From: a virus
IMG/VR virus record: IMGVR_UViG_3300013132_000048
Coordinates: 3,726 to 67,725 of that record
Reading direction: 5' to 3' (one strand)
Length of the DNA: 64,000 bases
The notes beneath the pieces were generated by a model that saw only the letters and a list, made by a program, of their open reading frames with translations, had not been told where the DNA came from and made no database searches. Below are positions 51,408 to 60,113 of the stretch, piece after piece; position 1 is the stretch's first letter, and each line of letters starts with the position of its first letter. Both the position numbers and the translations under genes were made by a program.

Positions 51408-52334
51408 ATGTCATTAGGCTTGTGCTGTCAATTCCTTTCTATTGAAAAGAAGCGTACTGGTAATATTGTTTACAATAATATTATTGAGGAAAAAACTTTA
51501 CAATTGGGTGCTTATAATTCTGGAAAGTATTCTACTGAGCGCATTATAAATACCTATCATCATAATGTCGATCAACATATCAAACTTGTTCCACTTCTAA
51601 TAGCGAACGATATTCGTTCATTTCGTCTAACTTCTGGTTTGTTTCCCCTCTGGGAGTTTAGCCATCAAATGATTAAAGACGATGATTTACTTGTAGACAA
51701 GCTTGCAAAACTTGGTAAGCTATTCACAGACAATAATATTCGTGTGACTTGTCATCCAGGTCAATTTACTGTTATTTCTAGTGATAGTGCAAATGTTGTT
51801 AAGAATAGTATTGCAGAGCTTGAATATCATGCATGGGTCTTTGATGCTATGGGTCTACCCCTTTCAAGTTATGCGGCTATTAATATTCATGGTGGTAAGG
51901 CAGAACGCTCAGATAGTATTGTAAGCGTTTACCGTTCTCTGCCAGATAATATTCGTTTGCGCCTTACCTTGGAAAATGATGAGAAGTGCTATAGCGTAAA
52001 TCAATTACTAGACATTCATGATCGTTGTGGTGTTTCTATTGTCTTTGATAGCCATCATTTTACTTTTAATACTGGCAACATGTCGTTTGCTCAAGCTTTT
52101 GATGATACTCGTTCTACTTGGGGTAATATTAAGCCTTTACAGCATATTAGCAATACAGAGCCCGGTTTTGAGAATGCACCGTTTAATCAGAAGCGTGCCC
52201 ATTCGCAATATATTCACTATATCCCCGATATGCAATTAGAGGCTATTCGAGAAGATTCTATTGATGTTGATGTAGAAGCAAAACATAAGAATCTTGCCAT
52301 TCTTGCTATGCGTGAAAGATTTGACATAATTTGA
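51408..52334 (+). CDS. uvsE: UV damage endonuclease
   Basis: LGLCC, FRLTSGLFP, HPGQF, INIHGG, LTLENDE, VFDSHH, QHIS, RAHS and VEAKHKNLA motifs; candidate extended -10 TGATATTAT at 51371-51379. Confidence 0.92.
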   Translation: MSLGLCCQFLSIEKKRTGNIVYNNIIEEKTLQLGAYNSGKYSTERIINTYHHNVDQHIKLVPLLIANDIRSFRLTSGLFPLWEFSHQMIKDDDLLVDKLAKLGKLFTDNNIRVTCHPGQFTVISSDSANVVKNSIAELEYHAWVFDAMGLPLSSYAAINIHGGKAERSDSIVSVYRSLPDNIRLRLTLENDEKCYSVNQLLDIHDRCGVSIVFDSHHFTFNTGNMSFAQAFDDTRSTWGNIKPLQHISNTEPGFENAPFNQKRAHSQYIHYIPDMQLEAIREDSIDVDVEAKHKNLAILAMRERFDII

Positions 52335-52373
52335 TTTATATAATCATTTTCTTTTCTTTTATGCTTTCTATAA

Positions 52374-52697
52374 ATGAAAGCAAGAAGAAAACCTGGTCAA
52401 GAAAAACTCGCCAAGGATAAATGCGAAATATGTGGCGGCAAAGAAGCTTTACATATTCATCATATTATTCCTCAATGTGATTCTAGAAGTACCAATGACA
52501 ATAGTAATCTTGCTATAGTTTGTGCTACAGATCATTCCCTAATACACGAGGGAATTATTACAATAATTGGAGTGTATAAAACTACTGGTGGTAGAAAACT
52601 AATGTGGTTTCGTCATGGGGAAGAGCCACCATTAGAAAAAGAATATTGGCTTATAAAAGAAAATCCATTAGTTATTTGTAAAAAACATAATAACTAA
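52374..52697 (+). CDS. Small HNH endonuclease
   Basis: CEIC...HIHHIIP...NLAIVCATDHSLIH. Confidence 0.8.
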   Translation: MKARRKPGQEKLAKDKCEICGGKEALHIHHIIPQCDSRSTNDNSNLAIVCATDHSLIHEGIITIIGVYKTTGGRKLMWFRHGEEPPLEKEYWLIKENPLVICKKHNN

Positions 52698-52701
52698 TAC
52701 T

Positions 52702-53208
52702 ATGGATTGGTATATTTGGATTTTATTAATTTTAGAAATTCCATTAGTTTGGTTTTTGTGGACTGCTGCACATGAATTATCTCATTTTTTATTTGCAAAA
52801 TCTTTTACAGAGATATATGATGTAAAATGGTGGTTATATCCACATCGAGATGAAGCAGGAAATTTCTATTTTGCAAGAGTTCAATGGAATTGGAATGAGG
52901 CACCAGAATCTCCGGTTCAACATGCAATGATATATCTTGCACCAAGGATAATGGATATTGTTGCAGCTATAGCTCTTCCATTTGCTGCTTTACTACCATT
53001 ATCTTGGATGATTGCATGGATTATATTTTGGGGCGCTGGAATTGTTGATTTTTTTGTTGGTTCATTAGGGATGTCAGAGCTTTCTGATTTACGAAAAGCT
53101 TCCATGTATTTAAATGCAGATCCAAACATATTGAGAGTTTTTGGATTTGTAATAATCGGAATTTCATTATTTCTTTGTATTCTTTTTATTTGTTTAACCC
53201 AGTTTTAA
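52702..53208 (+). CDS. Polytopic membrane protein with HExxH (M50/zincin-like intramembrane protease candidate)
   Basis: Several hydrophobic helices; AAHELSH in the first helix, YLAP, and a later SD motif. Confidence 0.65.
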   Translation: MDWYIWILLILEIPLVWFLWTAAHELSHFLFAKSFTEIYDVKWWLYPHRDEAGNFYFARVQWNWNEAPESPVQHAMIYLAPRIMDIVAAIALPFAALLPLSWMIAWIIFWGAGIVDFFVGSLGMSELSDLRKASMYLNADPNILRVFGFVIIGISLFLCILFICLTQF

Positions 53209-53257
53209 TAGCAATAGAAAATCTTTCTTTCTATTTAAAGAATATAAATAAGCTATT

Positions 53258-55363
53258 ATGAAAAAAGAAAAACAAATAGAGCAAATTACAGAAGCTGTAT
53301 TGCAAAATCTTATTGATCTTGCAAGAAAACCAGCAGGATTAAAATTCTTAGAAAGGTCTTCATTTTTATCAGAACAAGTTAGACAAAAATTTGATATTGC
53401 TTTGCCGACCGATCTAGAAAGATTATCAGATATTTTTAAACGCTCTGAAAAAGAGTTCTACCTAGTAGGTGGTTCAGTAAGAGATGCATTGCTTGGAAAG
53501 GCTCCTAAAGACTTTGACGTAACTACAAATGCTACTCCTGATGAAGTAGAAGAAATATTGGGTGAGTATCCAGAGTATAAAGTTTTAGAATTAGGAAAAG
53601 CATTTGGTATTGTTAAAATAATCACTCCAGAAGGAAATGATTATGAAATTGCTACTTTTAGAACAGACATAGGAAAAGGTAGAAGACCTGATCGTGTTGA
53701 GTTCGCAACAATTGAACAAGATGTGAACCGTCGTGATTTAACAATGAATGCTCTTTTTTATGATATATCAAATAAAGAAATTGTTGATTATGTTGGCGGT
53801 ATTAAAGATATAGAAAATAAAATTGTAAAAACCGTAGGCAATGCAAAAGAAAGATTCGATGAAGATAGATTAAGAATCTTAAGAGCATTAAGATTTGCCG
53901 CTAGATTTGGAACTGAATTAGATAAAGAAGCAGATGAAGCAATAACGCAAGATAATTCTTTAGAAGGAATTTCCGGAGAAAGAATAAGAGACGAATTTTT
54001 AAAAGGAATAAAGTCTTCAATTAGTCCAATCAATTTTTATCAATTGATAGAACGTTATAATTTATGGGATCAGATATTCCCAGGATTAATTGTGTATAAG
54101 GAATATCCGGAAACAAAAGATATTCCGGTTGCTTTGGCACTTTTGTTGCAAGATAATGAATCAAAAGCTGTAGCTGTCAAATTGAATAGAGCAAAATATA
54201 CTGGAGATGAAGTAAAACAAATTCAATTCTTACTTGATTTTAAGACCATTTCTCCAGAAACAGCATTTAAATTAAAAAAACTTTATAAAGTAAGCGGATT
54301 AAATAAATCTTTATTGCGAAATTTTGCTGAATCTATTGGAATTCCTAATAAAATAGTTGGAGCATTTATTCAATATGAGCCATCAGTTTCTAGCGATCAA
54401 TTTCCAGAATTAAGCGGAAAAGAACTTGGACTTGCAATCGCTAACCGTGAAAAAGAAAAATTTAAAGAGATTTTATCCGAAAGTAAAACCAATCTTACAA
54501 AAGTATTAGAAAATCTTTTTATTGAAAATAACGACGTTATTGATGAAATGGCAATCAAGCAGTTTAAGACTGTTGGTGATTGGAACCGTCGTTCTTCATT
54601 TGGTGATATAGATAGAAAACTATTAACTTCGCCACGAGGCGTAGAAAAGATTAAACGTCAATGGGAAAAAACTCCATTTGATTTTGATATGTATCTTGTA
54701 AATGATCGTAGAGTAAATAAATCTAGATTCAGAGAAGTTGGATTAGTTAATATGAGTTTCGTAAGAGATGAAATGAAATTAACGGCTGAAGAAATTCCAG
54801 ATCCAGATGAAAATACAATAACAATTATATATACCAGTAATACTGGTGCTGAACGTTACATGGCTTCGGGATGGATATTGGCACATCGTTTAGGTCATGC
54901 TCTTGCAAGAGGCAAAGGAATTACAGCAGAAAAATGGCAAGAATTTATAAAAAGTTTACGTAATCGTGTGGCTTCTATTTTAAAACAAGTTTATGGAATT
55001 GATGTTTATAATAAAACATACGATTTTCAAGGAAACGCTGATAAAGATAAGATATTAAAATATGTTGCACAGCAACTTGGTACAATGAAAAGTGCTCGTG
55101 ATAATAAAATGCGTAGCTGGTATGAATTTGCTTATGAGTTATTAGCCCAATATCTTTTAACTGGAAAGATTAAATTTAACGAATTGCGTCAGAAAATTGT
55201 TACGGGGATTGCAGGATGGAGTCGGAAACAAACTCGTTATAGCAAAGATGAAGAAGCTCGTAACATAAGCAATGCAGAGGATTTAGAGATCATGGCATCA
55301 GAAATAGAGGTTGATTTAGAATTAATACTTGGTTCTGCTATTGGTAAAGTTTTTGTAATGTGA
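53258..55363 (+). CDS. cca: tRNA nucleotidyltransferase (class II CCA-adding type) fused to a C-terminal unknown domain
   Basis: YLVGGSVRD...KDFDVTT, EIATFR, RRDLTMNAL, EDRLRILRALRF and SGERIRDE motifs; ~270 aa extra C-terminal domain. Confidence 0.85.
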   Translation: MKKEKQIEQITEAVLQNLIDLARKPAGLKFLERSSFLSEQVRQKFDIALPTDLERLSDIFKRSEKEFYLVGGSVRDALLGKAPKDFDVTTNATPDEVEEILGEYPEYKVLELGKAFGIVKIITPEGNDYEIATFRTDIGKGRRPDRVEFATIEQDVNRRDLTMNALFYDISNKEIVDYVGGIKDIENKIVKTVGNAKERFDEDRLRILRALRFAARFGTELDKEADEAITQDNSLEGISGERIRDEFLKGIKSSISPINFYQLIERYNLWDQIFPGLIVYKEYPETKDIPVALALLLQDNESKAVAVKLNRAKYTGDEVKQIQFLLDFKTISPETAFKLKKLYKVSGLNKSLLRNFAESIGIPNKIVGAFIQYEPSVSSDQFPELSGKELGLAIANREKEKFKEILSESKTNLTKVLENLFIENNDVIDEMAIKQFKTVGDWNRRSSFGDIDRKLLTSPRGVEKIKRQWEKTPFDFDMYLVNDRRVNKSRFREVGLVNMSFVRDEMKLTAEEIPDPDENTITIIYTSNTGAERYMASGWILAHRLGHALARGKGITAEKWQEFIKSLRNRVASILKQVYGIDVYNKTYDFQGNADKDKILKYVAQQLGTMKSARDNKMRSWYEFAYELLAQYLLTGKIKFNELRQKIVTGIAGWSRKQTRYSKDEEARNISNAEDLEIMASEIEVDLELILGSAIGKVFVM

Positions 55364-56608
55364 TTATTTTATTTTTTCTTCTTTAAGGAAGAAATTTATA
55401 TCCTCAAATCCTTTGATCTTAGTTGATCCTAATTTACATAATTTTGGAATCGCATCATAAGCATCTTGATGAACATCAAGAATAAGAGCATCATGCAAAA
55501 CAAACATAGGTACAATGATATCTTGTAGCTGTGCCGAATAAATCTTTTTTATAATCTTTGTAAAACCTTGCAATGCAACATCTACTGCGGTTGATTGAAT
55601 ATAATAATTCAACAAGACATATGGTTTTACATCAGGGCATGTAATGTATCTACCATAATAATTCTGTATATGCTTATTTCCAGAATTTATAAATTGTTCT
55701 TTTAAGAAAGTTCTTGTTTTTTCGATTCCAAAATAATCTTGGATCGAAGAAATGAATTCTTCTGGATCTGATATCTTTTTTTCTAATTGCCTATAAAGTG
55801 TTTCTTCATTAGCTCCATAAAGCTGAGATATCAGGGCTATTTTTACTGTATTTCTATCTAGGTTTTCTAGACCCATCTCTTCTTTAAATTTTGCATAGAT
55901 ATCTTGTGGCAAACCTTTTGCCCTATCTAAATTAGATATTGCCATTAAAACTCTTGGTTCTAATGAAGAAAAATCTAAATAAACTATTTTACCTTCTGTT
56001 CCAAATCTAGATTCTAAAACATCCCTATAATCTTTTTTTAATAAAAGAATATTAGGACCAGATAAAATCGATAGTCTGCCGGTAATGGTATCTAATGTAG
56101 AATATTGTGGTGATTTGCCATAGCCCTCATTTGGTAGAAATGATTTAATCAATTCTTTTTGTCCAGGGGAAGCTATTTCTAAATATTTAAAACAATTATT
56201 TGCATTTATTCTTGCTTGTTTTAATTTCTTGAATAAGAACTCATACTCTTCATGAGTTTTAAGATATTTTAAATCTTTACTTTCAATTTGATTAATAATG
56301 TTTGAAACAAATGCTTTCGTTGTTTCTAAAAATTCATCTTTTGGAATTATTTGTTTCCAGGGTACAGAATTAATATTTAATTTTTCGTTTAATAATGCTC
56401 TATAGACATTAATCCATTTATCTTTTGGAAAAGATGCTATTTCTATTCCAATTAATTTGACTAATAGTTTTAATTGTTCATTATCAATATACAACATGTC
56501 TTCTATGGAACTTGGAGATGTATTAGATAATAATCTTTGTTGATCGATAAAGATATTGGATGCTTTTGTGCCAAATATATTTTTATCAAAGTAATATGAA
56601 TATGCCAT
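55364..56608 (-). CDS. Minimal family A DNA polymerase domain
   Basis: TITGRLS, motif A LDFSSLEPR, motif B RNTVKIALISQLYG, NYYIQSTAVD and motif C VLHDA; only 414 aa. Confidence 0.8.
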   Translation of the reverse strand: MAYSYYFDKNIFGTKASNIFIDQQRLLSNTSPSSIEDMLYIDNEQLKLLVKLIGIEIASFPKDKWINVYRALLNEKLNINSVPWKQIIPKDEFLETTKAFVSNIINQIESKDLKYLKTHEEYEFLFKKLKQARINANNCFKYLEIASPGQKELIKSFLPNEGYGKSPQYSTLDTITGRLSILSGPNILLLKKDYRDVLESRFGTEGKIVYLDFSSLEPRVLMAISNLDRAKGLPQDIYAKFKEEMGLENLDRNTVKIALISQLYGANEETLYRQLEKKISDPEEFISSIQDYFGIEKTRTFLKEQFINSGNKHIQNYYGRYITCPDVKPYVLLNYYIQSTAVDVALQGFTKIIKKIYSAQLQDIIVPMFVLHDALILDVHQDAYDAIPKLCKLGSTKIKGFEDINFFLKEEKIK

Positions 56609-56653
56609 GTTGTCTTATGATGACAAATGACTAAATGAATTTAAACACAAGGA

Positions 56654-59600
56654 TCATTCAGTAGGTGGTGTTGCACTTGCTCCAGTACCATTTTGTTGTT
56701 CCAACGCTCTTTCAACAACTGTAATTTGATTTCTAATATTTGCCGTGGTGTTATAATATTGACCATAAGCATCAAATGGAGCAAATTTAATATCTGTTGT
56801 AAAATTACCTGGAGATATCTTATGTGTTAATCCTGTAACTCCATAGATATTATCTAAACTTGTTCCCGTTTGAAAATCAATAAAAAACTGTTGTGCATAT
56901 TGAATAAGTGGGCAACCAAGTGTTGTTAAATTTAATTCAGCCGGGATTACTTGCATTGGCAATCCTCCTGGTTGTTCACCGTTTGGTTGTAATTGTGTAT
57001 TCCTAGGTGATCTTAACATATTTACTGTAGATAATTGTGAATTTTGCATGGAAGACAAATTAGCTTGTTTTACAGCCGTTCCTTGAATGCCATATATGAT
57101 ATATGGTACAGTTTGATATAAGAAATTTTTCAATGCTCTAGAACCCCCTGCAACACGAATTAAATTTTGTTCACTTAATAACGCATCGATACTGGTATTG
57201 TTCACTGTACCAGTAGGAGATATTATTTCTAATAAGCCAAGATCTAATGCTCTTTGCAAATTTGCTCTAGCATCAGCTTCTTGATTTGCCTCTACGGGAG
57301 ATGAATTATTTTCATCTGGTGCAGTTGTGTTATTTGATCTTCCAAGAGCTGCAATTTCATTGTCTCTAGTTGCACGAAGTATTTGACCCTGAGACTCATA
57401 ACAATTTGCTACACGATCATATACATGTAATCTTAATATGCTTTTAGCAGTAGATTCATCTATTTCATCCCCGTCTCTTGTACCAATTCTTTGCGGAATG
57501 CATTCAACATATATTTCTATTTGAGGCATTTGAAATGTTCCATCAGGTGTAACATTAGAAAGAATTGATTCCATTCTACCTTGCAATGCAGGAACCTCAT
57601 ATCTAGACTCTGTTCTTCTTACGCCATCTTCAATGTTTTCTCTATAAAATGATCCCTCGCTATCCCATAATCCGTATGATGGTGCCGCTGGATCATCAAT
57701 AATAGTTGATTGCAAAAAGGTAAAAAATTCTCTAATATTCATAGCTACAGAATTACTAGCTGCCTCTAGTCTGTTTCTTGCTAATTCTTGTGAAAAGAAG
57801 TCTAAATCTACTCTAAAACTAGCAACATTTATTTTTCTTGCATATCCTGCTTTAGAGTTAAAAGGATAAAAAAGCATTTGTACTTCGTCATATTTTTTAG
57901 TATTTGCTAATGGTTGACCTACGAAATGCAGTAATAGAGTAGCCAAGCTAACTGTTCCCTGTACGGGATCTGTTTGATAACGATTCCTGTATTGTGTAAG
58001 TCTGGTTGAATTTCTTGGTCCTCCAAGTACTCTTCCATCAACACTGGCTGCTCTTGTTCCACCAGCAGGATTTTGATCATTTTCACTGTCAGGTCTTAGA
58101 AATGCATCAGGTGTATTAATTGACATTTTTCTTATTTTTTCTTCAATGCCCTCTATTATAGTAGTTCTTATTTCCTCTATAATTGTATTTCCATCGGTTC
58201 TTTCTTCCCTATTTGTTGCTGATATATTATTGTAGAAATTTTCCAAAGCATCTCTTAGCTCTCTAGTTGCTGAATTTACGTTATTATCGTTTAAACGTCT
58301 ATGTAAATCTCTATATTCTCTTGTTAATTCTGATGTCATTCGAAAATTAGAAGTTGCTGTCATTGCTGCATCTAAAGCTTGAATTCCACGTATTTCTCTT
58401 GTACTAGTCCCAGAAGTCTCAGAGCCAAAAACACGATCTCTTAAACGCGCTATATTTGCTTGCAAATCTCTTAATTGTCTAATGCTATTATTAACACTAT
58501 CAGCAGTGATACCTGAATCTATTAATTCTGTGCTTAAATCCGAACCACCACGCATAGCAAGTTCTAAATTTATATCTACATTTCCACCTTCGGTAAAGCT
58601 AAAAGAAGAATTAATTATTCCATATCTTTCTTTTACTCGCATACCGTTGATTAAATCTCCATAAGGATTATTTGGAGCAACATTTGTGACTAAAAAATTT
58701 TCTGGATGAATCCATCCATATTCTATTTCTATTTCATTTGCACTATATAAATCTGCTTTAACGAAATCAGCAATATCATTTAATCTAGAACGATCATGAA
58801 GAACCATAGCTAATTTGGCAGTTTTAAAACTGGCTAATCCAGTACTAGGTCTAACTTCTATTGTTAGATCTTTAATTGTTAAAAATGGTCTAAATTTATC
58901 TAATACTGGATTTGCTCTTAATTGTGGATCGTCTATTTCATCTGCATTAACTAATGTTTGTGGGGATGTAAAAATTTCCATTCCCGCAATTGTATATTGT
59001 TCTGATTGAGGAAATTGCGAGGCTAAAGAACCAGTGATTGTGTTAGCTGACAGCATTTGATAAGTTGGAGTTCCGTTAGCTACAGATTGAGCGCCTAATA
59101 AAAATTTAATCAAACTTAATCCTTGAACTCTATTAGTAGTAGTGTCAATAACAGGTCTTGGAAGAAAGAATTTTATTTCTGCATATGGTAGGGCTCGTGA
59201 AAATTCTATATTAGAAATACCGTTCATAAAAACACATACAGCATTTGTATTTCTAACTGTTGGAGAGATTCTGGTAGAATTTGAAAGTATTACTGATAGT
59301 CCAGGATTATCTTTTGTTGGATTAGATAAATTTTGATTTATTATATCAGATTCTAAAATCGCTCTATCTCCTTCAAAATTAGAAGGACCAACAATCGCAG
59401 CATATGTTTCTTCCACCATAGATTCTAAAACATTTAAAAATGAATTTGGATCAGTGCTTGGTCCATAATATATTTCTAAATAATTTTTAATTGCATTTTT
59501 TTGCTCTTCGGTTGCATCAGTTGTAAATGAATTAATTGTAGAAATCAATTCATATGTCAAAGGACATCCTGATGTTGTATCAATAAGTTGATTTAAAATA

Positions 59601-59785
59601 GTAGAAATAATAGAATCTACTGTTTCTGGTGTGTCACCTGACGTTGAAGTAGAATCACCAGATATTGCCGCTTGAGTTCGTTCTTCACGAATTGAAGTAG
59701 CTATTAAATCTCGAATAGAACTTAATCCAAAATATTTGGATAGTTCATTTACAGCTCTATTCATTTTTCTAGTTCTAATTGTCAT
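56654..59785 (-). CDS. Large tail protein, baseplate hub-like
   Basis: 1043 aa. LHDRSRL...IEIEYGW N-terminal pattern and C-terminal LTTLGCP...IYGVTGLTHKISPGNFTT resemble hub/gpD-type proteins; lies downstream of the LysM-type gene. Confidence 0.6.
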   Translation of the reverse strand: MTIRTRKMNRAVNELSKYFGLSSIRDLIATSIREERTQAAISGDSTSTSGDTPETVDSIISTILNQLIDTTSGCPLTYELISTINSFTTDATEEQKNAIKNYLEIYYGPSTDPNSFLNVLESMVEETYAAIVGPSNFEGDRAILESDIINQNLSNPTKDNPGLSVILSNSTRISPTVRNTNAVCVFMNGISNIEFSRALPYAEIKFFLPRPVIDTTTNRVQGLSLIKFLLGAQSVANGTPTYQMLSANTITGSLASQFPQSEQYTIAGMEIFTSPQTLVNADEIDDPQLRANPVLDKFRPFLTIKDLTIEVRPSTGLASFKTAKLAMVLHDRSRLNDIADFVKADLYSANEIEIEYGWIHPENFLVTNVAPNNPYGDLINGMRVKERYGIINSSFSFTEGGNVDINLELAMRGGSDLSTELIDSGITADSVNNSIRQLRDLQANIARLRDRVFGSETSGTSTREIRGIQALDAAMTATSNFRMTSELTREYRDLHRRLNDNNVNSATRELRDALENFYNNISATNREERTDGNTIIEEIRTTIIEGIEEKIRKMSINTPDAFLRPDSENDQNPAGGTRAASVDGRVLGGPRNSTRLTQYRNRYQTDPVQGTVSLATLLLHFVGQPLANTKKYDEVQMLFYPFNSKAGYARKINVASFRVDLDFFSQELARNRLEAASNSVAMNIREFFTFLQSTIIDDPAAPSYGLWDSEGSFYRENIEDGVRRTESRYEVPALQGRMESILSNVTPDGTFQMPQIEIYVECIPQRIGTRDGDEIDESTAKSILRLHVYDRVANCYESQGQILRATRDNEIAALGRSNNTTAPDENNSSPVEANQEADARANLQRALDLGLLEIISPTGTVNNTSIDALLSEQNLIRVAGGSRALKNFLYQTVPYIIYGIQGTAVKQANLSSMQNSQLSTVNMLRSPRNTQLQPNGEQPGGLPMQVIPAELNLTTLGCPLIQYAQQFFIDFQTGTSLDNIYGVTGLTHKISPGNFTTDIKFAPFDAYGQYYNTTANIRNQITVVERALEQQNGTGASATPPTE

Positions 59786-59794
59786 ATGAAAATA

Positions 59795-60088
59795 TCAACC
59801 AATAAATTTAACAACATCTTCTAATTTTGGAATTACAATAAAAGTACCAGGAGGAATTTGCAATCCCCAGCCGATTCCAGATGCAGCAGCTAAAACCCAC
59901 CACAATTTACCATCACCATATTCTTCTCCAGCAAGAATATCTAATCTCACATTTTCTTCACAAAGATAAGTTTTCTTTCTGATATTACCATTTGTAATAT
60001 TATTTCTAATGGCTAAAATTGCTTGAGATGTACCATATTTTTCACCAAATTTTATTACCGTTGTACGGGCATATCTTTGAACTGTCAT
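59795..60088 (-). CDS. LysM-like baseplate protein (gp53 / tail X-like)
   Basis: RLDILAGEEYGDGKLWWVLAAASGI...GTFIVIP. Confidence 0.8.
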   Translation of the reverse strand: MTVQRYARTTVIKFGEKYGTSQAILAIRNNITNGNIRKKTYLCEENVRLDILAGEEYGDGKLWWVLAAASGIGWGLQIPPGTFIVIPKLEDVVKFIG

Positions 60089-60113
60089 TTATTAGATACC
60101 TTTATTTTTTTAA

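Noticed and set aside
53243-53250. Exact T4 late promoter TATAAATA before cca
   Set aside because: Not seen before the structural genes inspected, and expected by chance in DNA this AT-rich; not enough to claim T4-type late transcription.
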